From Hyaloraphidium curvatum SAG 235-1 (Eukaryota > Fungi > Monoblepharomycota), in the NCBI GenBank assembly GCA_025558095.1, contig JAIVFI010000003.1, positions 434,001-498,000 of the forward strand: a stretch of 64,000 bases of DNA, in the 5' to 3' direction. Shown piece after piece: positions 23,864 through 33,744 of the stretch (position 1 is the first letter of the stretch; each line of letters opens with the position of its first letter). The notes under the pieces were generated by a model. That model worked only from the letters and a program-made list of their open reading frames with translations, was not told the origin of the DNA and did no database searches. The position numbers were made by a program, and so were the translations under genes.

Positions 23864-26623
23864 ATGGACCCGCACGACGGCGGCCCGCCGAGGGACGCGT
23901 CCCACGACCCGGCGACGTGCCTCCAGTGCCGTCTGCAGGCGTCGTTTGTGTACGCGCTGCAAGCGGCGCTGTTCGGCGAGCGCGAGGACTCGGACTCCGA
24001 GATGCCGGAACTGGAAGGCCCTCCGGAACCCCCGGCTGCGCCGCCGGCCGCGGTCTCTGGGGGAGGCGCGAGCCCCGGGGCCGCGCTGCCCGTGGGGACG
24101 GACGTCACGGAGGACGACAGGGCCCGCAAACGCGTCTTTTCCGTGGATGCGAAGCAGGGAAGAAGGGCTCCTCCCGTGCCCCGCGCGCCGCAAGTCGAGC
24201 CCGCGCCGCCGGCGGAGCCCGCCCCCGAGGTACCGATGATTCCAGAGGCGGAGGAGCTCAAGAAGCAGGGGAACGCGGCGCTGGCGGCGGAGGACTTTGT
24301 CGGGGCCATCGACGCGTCAGCTTTCCCGTTTGCAGCAACCGCGGGCTTTCTTCTAACGTTCAGGCCTGCGACAGATACACCAAGGCGATCGAATGCTTCC
24401 CGGAACCGAGGGCGGATAAGCGGCTTGCGGTGCTGCACTCCAATCTCGCGCTCGCGCACCAGCGCTTCCACAACCTGGGCTCGGCGGTCCTTAGCGCCTC
24501 CAAGGCCATCGAACTGGATCCTTCGTACGCCAAAGCATACTACCGGAGGGGCACCGTCCAGAAGATGCTCGGCAAGCCGCGCGAGGCCTACGCCGACTTT
24601 CGCACGCTGCTCGCTCTGGAACCGCACAACCGCGAGGTGCTGAGCCTCATGAAGGACCTGGAGCTCGAGGTGCGCAAGCTCGGGTTCTCGGAGGCCATCA
24701 GCGGCGGCAAGGCCGAGACTGCGGCGGCGGCGGCAAAGCGCAAGGCGGCGGCCAAGAAACCCGAGGGCAGGGACTGGAACACGACGGCCTCGCTCGCCGT
24801 GCTGGCGGCCCGGAGGATCGCCGAGGAAGTCAGCAAACTCCCGGAAGAGTTTGCGCCGTTCCTCGAGGACATCGACGAGGTCTACGTGGACAAGATCGTC
24901 GCGTGGCTCGACTGGCCGACGATGCAGAGCTACAAGCAGTCCGGGGCGCTGGGAGGGCGCTTCGCGTCGACCAAGGTCAACGAGCTGATCAAGGCGCAGG
25001 ACGACTTCCACCGGACCCTCTTTGCTTCCGACCGCGAGCACCCGATCATCAGGGACCCGCACCTTTCCCTTCTCAACCCGTTCGAGCCGGCCGTCCAGCC
25101 CTTTCTCCATTACAACAAGCCCGACTACGAGGACGTCGCGCTGCCGCGCCTGTTTTCGCGGCACATCAAGCGCGAAGGGCTGGCGGTCGTGCCCAAGCTC
25201 GACGAGTTCGAGAGCAAGGTCGACGTCTTCACGGGCGGCCAGCTGCGGTACCTGGACTGGAGCAACGTCTTTCTCGCCGGGGGCGCCGCGCTCGCCGCGC
25301 TGGTTCCGACTCCCGGTGGCGTGCTGCTGGAGGACTACTACCTTTCGACGCCCATGCACGCGTCCGCGGACGTCGACCTCTTTATCTACGGCGTGACCGT
25401 CGATGAGGCCAACGCGAAGCTGCGGCAGATCTTTGGGGCCATCGAAAAGGCCGTCAAGGAGCAGAAGCCCAAGTCGCGCGTGATCGCCGTCCGGACGCAG
25501 CACACCTGCACCTTCGTCAGCGACTACCCCTTCCGGCACGTCCAGGTCGTCCTCCGGATCTACAAGTCGCCCGCCGAGATACTGATGGGGTTCGACGTGG
25601 ACGCCTGCTGCGCCGGCTACGATGGGACCAACGCTTGGATCAACGCCCGCTGCGCGAGGGCCCTCACGACCCAGGTTTGTCTCTTTTCGACTGCTGTGTG
25701 GGAACGCACTCAAACTGACTCCGCTTTGCAGTCCAACATGGTCGATCTGAGCAGGCGGTCGCCTTCGTACGAGCTGCGCCTCTTCAAGGTAGGGGAGAAG
25801 TGAGGTGAAGTTCCCTGGTCGCTGACGCTGTGTCAACAGTACGCCAAGCGGGGCTTCTCCATCGTCGTTCCCGACCTGGACAAGGATCGCGTCAAGAAAT
25901 TTCCGGACCACATCTGGGGCTGGCACCGGAGGAAGGAGAAGGGACTCGGCCTTCTGTGCATGCTCGAGCATCTCTGGTTCGCGTTTTCGTCTGCTTTCCG
26001 ATCCTCGCGCTGACGCCCCGTTGCAGGCTCAACCCCGAAAAGTCTCGCCAGAGCTACGCCGGCCTGAATCACTTCGATGTCGACAGCGAGATTTTCTTCA
26101 GCGGTGACCACACGCAAGGAGCAAGGCCGCGGGATCCCGACAAGGCCATCAGCGACTACGATTCCATCAAGTGAGCGATCGAGATTTTGTAGGCCGGAGC
26201 TTCGCTCACATCGTGCTTCACCAGGTTGCCTTTCGGGCCGAAGTACCGCCTCAGCGACATCGAGCGCCGAATCCACGACTTTTCGTGGTCCGCCAACAAC
26301 TGGTACAGGAAGGTGCGGTATTTCCCGCTTGTAGCTTTTGGGGCCACTCAGTTTTGCATTGACAGGAAATGGCTTGCATCGATCTCGACGACGAAGTGGA
26401 GGCCGTACTGTGGGGCTCCATCGACAAGGTCCTGGACGGCCGGCTCCGGCTGGTCCCCTCGGGCGCCACGCGCCGATACCCAAAGATCATCCGCGCCGAC
26501 AGCATGTGGCTGACGACGAACCCCGGCACCCAGCAAAAGATGCTTTCCGGCTCCTTCAACCCCATTCCGGACGATACCGAGGCGTGGTACCGGAGTGCCT
26601 ACGAGGACGTGCCGGAGAAGTGA
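23864..26623 (+). CDS. TPR-domain protein fused to a divergent nucleotidyltransferase-like domain
   Basis: Three TPRs (AEELKKQGNAAL..DFVGAIDA|YTKAIE; LHSNLALAH; YAKAYYRRG). Then NVFLAGGAALAAL...ADVDLFIYG...HVQVVLRIY...GFDVDACCAGYDG...RRSPSYELRLFK|YAKRGF. Multi-exon. Confidence 0.75.
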
Positions 26624-26784
26624 AGATCGCGCTGTTTGGAAGGCACGACGATTCCGGACCACCGAGGACCCGAGATACCCTCTACTGACATACTCTGCCG
26701 ACCTGACACAAATAGCTTTGACGCATAGGATTGTCTTTTCGATGTTGTTCTTTTGTGCCAAAATGGCATCTGATCGTTTGACGC

Positions 26785-27687
26785 TCAAGCCTGGATCGAA
26801 GCGAGCCACCTCAGCACCTTCTCCCTCGACTGGCGCATCCGGTCGGGGAAGGGGTGGTCCGCGGAAGGCTCCTCGCTCCTTGGAGGCTGCTTCTTCTTGG
26901 CGTACGTGTGCGCGGCGCGGAACGGGATCGGCGCCCGGGTCAGCGGCTTGGTCGGGCGGTGCGGCTCGGTCTTGGGCTTCATCGCGGCGGCCAGGATCAC
27001 ACGGCGCTTGCGCTTGGGCTGCCCGACGGGCACGAAGCCTTCCTCCTCGTCCTGCTCCCACCGCAGCGCAACGCTGTTCTCGGCCGATCGCTGCTCCGGC
27101 TCTCGCGGTGACGCGGACTCGATCTCTGGCACCATTCCGGGTCCGTCCTCGAGCTGCGGGCTCTCAGGCACGGCGTGCGGTCCGTTGTCCTTGGCGGGAG
27201 GCGTCGGAGGGACCTGTTCGACGAAGCGCGAGTCGCCGAGCGAGGCCGCGAGTCGATCGGCGGCGGAAGGTTCCTTGGCGGCTTCCTCGACGACCGGCTC
27301 CGTCCGCAGCGACCGCATGTTCGCGCTCGTCGGAACATTTTCGTCGCGCTTGTCCACTCGCGTGTCCGCCCGGATGGAAGAGGTCGCGCCCCGGGCTGCG
27401 ATCGGGCGGCGCTCTGGCGTGGTGAGCTCGTTGCCTTGGCGCGGGGGCGCGTTTTCCGCTGGCGCGGCGAGCAGCCCGCGGTCGAACGCGTCCTTCAGGT
27501 TGTCGGGAAAGGCGACGTCGAGAGCTGGGCGGGAAGGCTTCCTGTCCGAGTGCTTCGTCCGGGACCGCGTTTTCTCTGCGATCGGGGTCGTCTCCGGCGC
27601 GGCCTCGGCGGTCCTCCGCGGCGTCGGGACGGCCACAGCGCGGTGCGCGACGACGTCGTAGAGCAGTGAGACAGGTCCGCGCGGCAT
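26785..27687 (-). CDS. Hypothetical low-complexity basic protein
   Basis: Single ORF from MPRGPVSLLYDVVAHRAV to REKVLRWLASIQA*, with a possible NLS PKRKRR. No family recognised. Confidence 0.5.
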   Translation of the reverse strand: MPRGPVSLLYDVVAHRAVAVPTPRRTAEAAPETTPIAEKTRSRTKHSDRKPSRPALDVAFPDNLKDAFDRGLLAAPAENAPPRQGNELTTPERRPIAARGATSSIRADTRVDKRDENVPTSANMRSLRTEPVVEEAAKEPSAADRLAASLGDSRFVEQVPPTPPAKDNGPHAVPESPQLEDGPGMVPEIESASPREPEQRSAENSVALRWEQDEEEGFVPVGQPKRKRRVILAAAMKPKTEPHRPTKPLTRAPIPFRAAHTYAKKKQPPRSEEPSADHPFPDRMRQSREKVLRWLASIQA

Positions 27688-27725
27688 TCTGGCGGTTTTG
27701 GGAGATTGGCTTCGACAAAAACAGC

Positions 27726-28250
27726 GAGGCCGAGGAGCGCCTTCAGACGGACCCACGCAACCGGGTGGACCACTGGTTCTCGTTCACGGACCACCCCTCT
27801 GCCGCAAAGGGCGTCGACGTCGTCATCACCTACCCCAACCCTCACTCCCTCCCTGCGGTAGCGACGACTCGTCTCCGTGCTGCGGACGCACGCCTCAAGG
27901 CCAAGATCGCCAAGTACAAAAAGCGGTGGCAGGTCTCCCTCGAGGGCGCGAACGCTCTGGCCATCTTCGCTGCGGAGAGCTCTGGCGCACTGCACAAATC
28001 CTCCGAGCAGGTCATCCAGCTCATCGCTCGGCTTGTGCACCCGCCGCAGCCCGAGTCCGCCGACCCGGATGGGCTCCGCTCGCAGCTCACCTGCCGTATT
28101 CGGCAGGCGGTATCTGTGGCCATCCACCGCGGAAGCGCGGTGATGACCACTCGCTGGATCAACAACTGCTTCCCAATTGTAGTTGAGGTTATGGGAGGGT
28201 AGGGGGCTTTTGTATCTTTGTAGTTCCGGTTTCTAGACTCTGATTCTCTG
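27726..28250 (+). mobile_element. 5'-truncated CRE/SLACS-like non-LTR retrotransposon fragment (restriction-like endonuclease domain plus short 3' UTR)
   Basis: Translation RVD...VDVVITYP...KIAKYKK...FAAESSG...VSVAIHRGSA follows the R.D/D/K..KY/E..G/S.A..RG.A pattern of CRE-clade RLE domains. Flanked by AAAACAGC at 27718-27725 and 28251-28258. Confidence 0.72.
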
Positions 28251-28289
28251 AAAACAGCCACCACCCCCACTCCACATCTGACGACTCCG

Positions 28290-30182
28290 ATGGGGGACGC
28301 TCCAACAAAATGGAAGTTCACGGGCGCCAGCCCGGGGGCGCCTCCGCCGCCACGTTACGCCGCGTGCCTGGCGTGCCGCGCGCGGAAGACCCGCTGCCAC
28401 GGCGTGCCCGGCGAGACGTGCGCGGGGTGCCGCAAACGCGGCGTCGCGTGCGAATGGCGCTCGCCGGCAAGGACGGTCGCCGGCTCCGCCCGGAGCTCGC
28501 CGAACAGCAGCCCGTCGCCGCTGTTCCCCGCGCCGGCACAGCTTGCGGACTCGGACGATCCCCGTCTGGACTCCGCCGTTCTGCCGCTGCTCTTCAGCTC
28601 CTTCTTCGCCAGTCTGGCGCTGCCCGTGCTCTCGGAGGGCCTGTTTCGCGTCTTTGCGGGGAGCGCACGCTCCGGTGCTCTGCCGCGGATCTACGGCCAC
28701 CCTGCTGTTCGCTTGGTAATGCTCTGGACAGGCACACAGACCCTGCTCGGTCAAGGTCTGGCGATTCCCCTGTCGAAGGACCTCTCCGCTGCTGAGGTCT
28801 GCCTGCGTCTGCGGAAGCTCGTCCACCGCACGCTCGTTGACCAAATGTCGCGGATCTCGGCCGCGGCTACCTTCCAACGGATCACATCGGGCAATGACGC
28901 CGTGCAGGGCGCCACCGATCCGGACGACGTGGCGGTCCTGCTGGCCGTCATTCTCGCCCTGAGGCCGCTGTGCGAGCTCGGGCTGGACGGCGCGTCCCGC
29001 AGCCTGAGAAGGGCGTTCCTGAACCTCGTGTTTTCGTCCGGTTTGCTTCGGCACATGTCTCGCCGTGGGTGGGAAGCAGGGCAGACGGTCCCCGTGTCTG
29101 GCTTGTGCATCGAACAAACGCTACTCACCCTGGTCTGGGCAGCCGTCGTGGGTGACCTCGGGGACTCCTTCTCCGTCCCAGGCGCAGCTTGTGCCCTGCT
29201 TGTGGACGCGGCGGATCCGTCGGGTTCCGAGGGAGCATCGCCTATCATTGGGACCTCGGAAGTTGCGGGGCTGCCGTTTCCGATGTCTTCTGCCGCCCTC
29301 GGGGAGTTGATGGCGCCGCTGGACCCGTTTGCGCTCGACTCGACGACGTGCACCATCCTGGCCCGGCCCCTGACCGGTGGCCAGGTTTCCCTCGCGGTGG
29401 AGCACGGCAGCGTCTCGGAACTGGGATCCCTCTTCGGTCTAGGCATACCGGTCGTCTCGTTTGCGGTCTCGGAGTTGCTGGATCGCTCGCTGTCGCTGGT
29501 CCGGCGGGCGCGTGCACTCGGTTTGGCCATGACGGACCTGGCGGTGATCGAGGATTCGCTTCAAGAGGTGACCGTTCATGATTCTTGGGAATTCGATGGC
29601 CGGCTTTCCAGCACGGAGCTGTGGCCCGTAGCGCGCGCGCTCGTCAACGAGAGGATCAAATTGCTGTCAGCCTCGCGGACCGTTTTCGCAACGATGCCTC
29701 CCGATTTGGTTCCGTTTGACGAAGCTGGAGATCTTCGTGCTGTTTCGATTCTGGCGGCCAGGCAGCTGGGGGACATGCGCGGGGAGCTCTGGGTCCACCT
29801 CCTCTTCCTGCGGTACTCCACGTTGGTCCTTCTGGCGCCCGCTCCGGGCTCGTCGGCGGGCGGCCCCAACGGCCAGCGGTACATGCACACGCCGGCTTTG
29901 GCCGCGGCCATCGGGCATTCCATCACCATCGGCAGCTACGCGGCGTCGCTATTGAAGCTCATGTCGGCGCCCTCGGTGTTCCGTTCCGGGATGGCCCCCA
30001 GCCGGCCCGTGGCGCCGCCCTTTCTCGCGCAGACGTTTGCGGGGACCGCCGCGGTCTCCTCGGCCCTGATCGAGTGGTGCAGGGCGGAGTTACCTGCTGA
30101 AGCCATCGGAGACGGCCTGCTTGCCCCGCTCCTGGCCGGTGCCGACAGCTGCAAAGCGATCGTGCAAATGCTAGGACCTTAG
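28290..30182 (+). CDS. Zn(II)2Cys6 fungal transcription factor
   Basis: ACLACRARKTRCHGVPGETCAGCRKRGVACEW. Single 630-aa ORF. Confidence 0.9.
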   Translation: MGDAPTKWKFTGASPGAPPPPRYAACLACRARKTRCHGVPGETCAGCRKRGVACEWRSPARTVAGSARSSPNSSPSPLFPAPAQLADSDDPRLDSAVLPLLFSSFFASLALPVLSEGLFRVFAGSARSGALPRIYGHPAVRLVMLWTGTQTLLGQGLAIPLSKDLSAAEVCLRLRKLVHRTLVDQMSRISAAATFQRITSGNDAVQGATDPDDVAVLLAVILALRPLCELGLDGASRSLRRAFLNLVFSSGLLRHMSRRGWEAGQTVPVSGLCIEQTLLTLVWAAVVGDLGDSFSVPGAACALLVDAADPSGSEGASPIIGTSEVAGLPFPMSSAALGELMAPLDPFALDSTTCTILARPLTGGQVSLAVEHGSVSELGSLFGLGIPVVSFAVSELLDRSLSLVRRARALGLAMTDLAVIEDSLQEVTVHDSWEFDGRLSSTELWPVARALVNERIKLLSASRTVFATMPPDLVPFDEAGDLRAVSILAARQLGDMRGELWVHLLFLRYSTLVLLAPAPGSSAGGPNGQRYMHTPALAAAIGHSITIGSYAASLLKLMSAPSVFRSGMAPSRPVAPPFLAQTFAGTAAVSSALIEWCRAELPAEAIGDGLLAPLLAGADSCKAIVQMLGP

Positions 30183-30569
30183 TTTCGGGGACGAATACTC
30201 CGTCACGCCAACTGGTGATTGCGTCCGGATCGATGGCCTTTGCTTGTGGCGGTGGCTCCCGTCCATTTTCTTAGCTTCACGTCATCAATACACGGGGATT
30301 GATAATCGACTGTCCTTGCCCTTCTGACGACAAGCCTTCTTGTCAGTGATTCGATCCGGCATCCGGACGGTCACAAAAGACGATGTTGGGGCGACAAAAA
30401 CCGATCTCCCTCATGCACGGACTCGAACGCTCATAAAAGAGAAGACGAGGTATCAGGTCTTTTGCGGTATCGTGCGTGTGTTTACATATAGCTGTCTTTG
30501 AAGATACGATCGGGTATCGTGCTGTTTGCATAGGCCCGAGCCCGGTCCGGGTTCGGCACACATCCGCAT

Positions 30570-32507
30570 CTACTTGCGGTCCAGCGCCTCCAGTTCGGCG
30601 ATCAGCGCGCGAGGAGCAAAGTCATAGGCGTCGAAGATGTTGCCCTCCAAGCTCAACAGCTCCTGCTCCGCCTCGAGGTTGCCGCCTTCGACGATGCAGC
30701 TCAGGTCTGCCACCCCGTCGCAGAGCGCAGCGAGGTGTTCGAAACGTAGGCTTTTCCGGGGGTACGACAGGGCGCGCATGCGGCAAGCCATTTGGATCTG
30801 CTTGGCGACGACAACGAGGCCTCGCACGAGCGTCCTCAGGCCGGTCTTGACTCCCTCGAGCGCGCCGGCCATCCGCTCGCAGGCCTGTCCCGTGGCGCCG
30901 TTCATCTGCCTCGCAAAGCCGCGCAGCTCCGACTGGTACTGCTCGACTGTGGCGAGGAAGGCATAGGCCGCGCCCGTTATGCCCGCCATGGCGTCGTGCA
31001 CGACCTTGAGGCGGCGCACGTAGCCCGACGTCGAGGCCAGCCAGTCCCGAACGCCCCCGAGGGTCTTGAGCAAAGCGAGGGCTGGGCGGGCCCGGGCATC
31101 GAGGCACTCCTTCGGGGTCCTGCCGAGCTCCTCAGTCGACTCAAGGACGGCGACGAAGTTGGCGAAGGCGGCGCCTTGCTCGAAGGAGGCCGTGAAGAGG
31201 TCGAGGAGGTTGTTCGCGATGGCGAGGGCGGCGGGGCTCTTGGGGTTGGCGAGCGCCGGGCGGGCCTTGCGCGGCTTGAAGACCTTGGCCTTGAGGATCT
31301 GGAACTTGATGCGGCATTGGTCGATGAAGTCGATGGTATCGTCCGAGCCGCAGCTGGAGCCGGTCGAGGTGGGGCTGGGCGCGGCGGTCGAGTCCGAGTC
31401 GGAATAGGCGTCGACGGCGCCGTCCCTGGTAACGTTGAGGCCGAGGGTGGCCCATGCCTCGATCTGCAGCTGGTCCGTCTCGAGCTCGGCCGCGGGCTGG
31501 ATGTCGTGCGCAGCGGCCAGCTCCGGAGCGGGCTGCTCGACCGGCTCGACGTAAAGGTCGACGATGGAGGCGACGACGGAGGCGTTCTGCTCGTCCTTGT
31601 CGGTGAAGATGATGGGCTCGATGGCGTAGGCGAGCTTGATGTCGAGGGTGTAGTCGTCGAAGATTTCCGAGACGGCGCTGTAGGTGCTGTCGGTCTCGCA
31701 CTTGGAAAGGGCGTCCTCGGCGACGTCGGTCTCGATGGTCGCGGTGCTGAGCTCGATCGACTCGCGCAGGTGCTTGAGCGAGTGCAGGCGAGTCGGGATG
31801 ATCTGCAAGGAGCGCAAAGGTAAGGAAATGCATCGTCGAGGGACTGCGCATGCAACTCACCACCTCGTCCAGCGCGAGCGCGTCGGACACGGAGTCCTTG
31901 ATGTCCTTGGGCTCGAAGGCAGGGGACGTCTGCGCGTCCGAGCTGTCCTTGAGGACCTTGACGATGTCGATGCCGGTCTGGGCGCACGGCTGGGGTGGGG
32001 ACGCATTTCAGGGGCGAATTCCATCGAAACAACGCAGCGACGTACCGGAGCGACGATCAAAGCAATGGGTATGACGGTGGAGACTTCGGCGGCCTCGGGC
32101 GACTCGACGGTCTGGACGGCGGCGGCGGCGGCGGTCTGCGTGACAGGTGGCACTAGGTCAGCGGCTGCGGGCGAGAAGCGCAGGCTCTGATGCGCCCTAC
32201 CTGCTCCTCCGTGGGGGTATCAATGCTTGCGATGGCGGCGGCGGCCTCGTGTTGGGCGGGCGAGTCGTTGCTCATCTGCGACGTGGCGGAGGGAGGTGTC
32301 AATAAAGGGTGCACTCGCCCTCCCATATCCCCGCCGGCGACACCCACCTCGGCGAAAATGGCCTTGAAGGAGTCGATGACCGTCTCGGCAGCTTCGGGTA
32401 TCGACTGGGGAGGGCGGGACGGCGTCAGAGGGAAAGGTGGCGCACCCGGCGCCGGGCCTCACCTCGGTGAAAAAGCGCTGCGCGCGACGCAGGGCCTGCT
32501 TGAGCAT
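30570..32507 (-). CDS. Hypothetical multi-exon protein (acidic/Ala-rich N-terminal half, helical C-terminal domain)
   Basis: 415-aa ORF 30570-31817 with strong GC3 codon bias, plus upstream exons joined by GT..AG introns back to MLKQALRRAQRFFTE at 32507. No family recognised. Confidence 0.6.
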
Positions 32508-33744
32508 GTTGTTTCGAGCTAGGAACTCGGAGCACAGGACACGTTGAGGCAAAGCACGGGTGCTGCGGCGCGAAGAGCCGGGGCAGTGTTTGCGGTGTCG
32601 AGTGCAATTCTCTCAGTTTCAATTGCCGCCGCCTTATGTACCTTGCGGAGCGCTAGGTTAGGCTACGCGGCCCCTCTGCTGCTCCCAGGCCTCGCACGCG
32701 GTCTTTGAGTGACGCCCGGGGTGCGGAAGTCCTCTGCGGACCCCGGGAAAGCAATGCCGGTGGCAGCGCGGCGCCGGGGAGCGGTGGGGCGCCCCCAGGA
32801 TTCCCGGGCTTCCCCCCGATCTTTCGACGCGCTGGAGTCTCCTGGGCATCTTCCGGCGCTCCGACGGCGAGCGTCAGACCGAAAGGGCTCTCCTCGGCCC
32901 CAGAAGCCTCCCCAGACCGATGGCGTGGCGCTCCGAATTCGTCAACCAAGGAACTGGAGCTCGATAGTCACGTCAGCTTTACATTCCGTCGTGGATGAGC
33001 AAATCCTGGCGCTCTATGGCCCGTGCTTTGTCTTCCGTGGTTGCAAGAAGAGGATTCCTCCCGGAATGCAACTCGCGCGCAGCGAGCGTCGGCAGATCAA
33101 AGCAGGGAGCGGATCCGCGGTACCCAAGCAATTCCAGGCCAATTTTAAACCGTGGCCAAAGCTGGAAACGTGCCGAAAGAACTTGTGTGCTGCAATTTCT
33201 CCCCGAGAGGTGGTTCAACGAACCGGCGGGCCTGATCCGGACATTCCACCGAGCGGAACCCATTATCGACCCCCGGATCACCTCAGAAAAATGCTTAAAA
33301 TCCGGGTGCCACGCATTCGTGTTCGGCTCAGCGGGATTGAAGTTTCGGGAGCGGAGGCCGTCGGGGACAACATCACTTGGAACCGCGGATCCCCCAATCC
33401 CCCTCCGGCTCCAAAACGGGGCGGTCGCGCCGTAATCTCTTTCATTCACTTTCTATCCTTGTTGAGGCGCGAGCGGGAGTCAAGGCGGCCATGGAGAAGC
33501 GTCGGAGCGCGTGTTGCGTTGGAGTGTGTTTGGGCAGACGACCGACTACTGATCATCACAGTAGTAGTTTCAAATCTCACCAACTTCTTTTCGCATTCAG
33601 GAGACCATCTGTACATCCGCCCGACATATACATCAACGATTTCATCATCCCCGCGCTCATTGCCGTCCCGATCCTCCCGCATCCGACCAAAGAGCCCAAG
33701 ACGTCCCGCAAGCAACCCCTCGCAGCCCGTCCCCATTCAATCGA

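Noticed and set aside
23491-25971. Long antisense ORFs (826 aa here; also 37007-39541, 39420-41528, 62224-63960)
   Set aside because: These are shadows of real genes on the opposite strand. High GC3 suppresses stop codons, and they contain no recognisable motifs.
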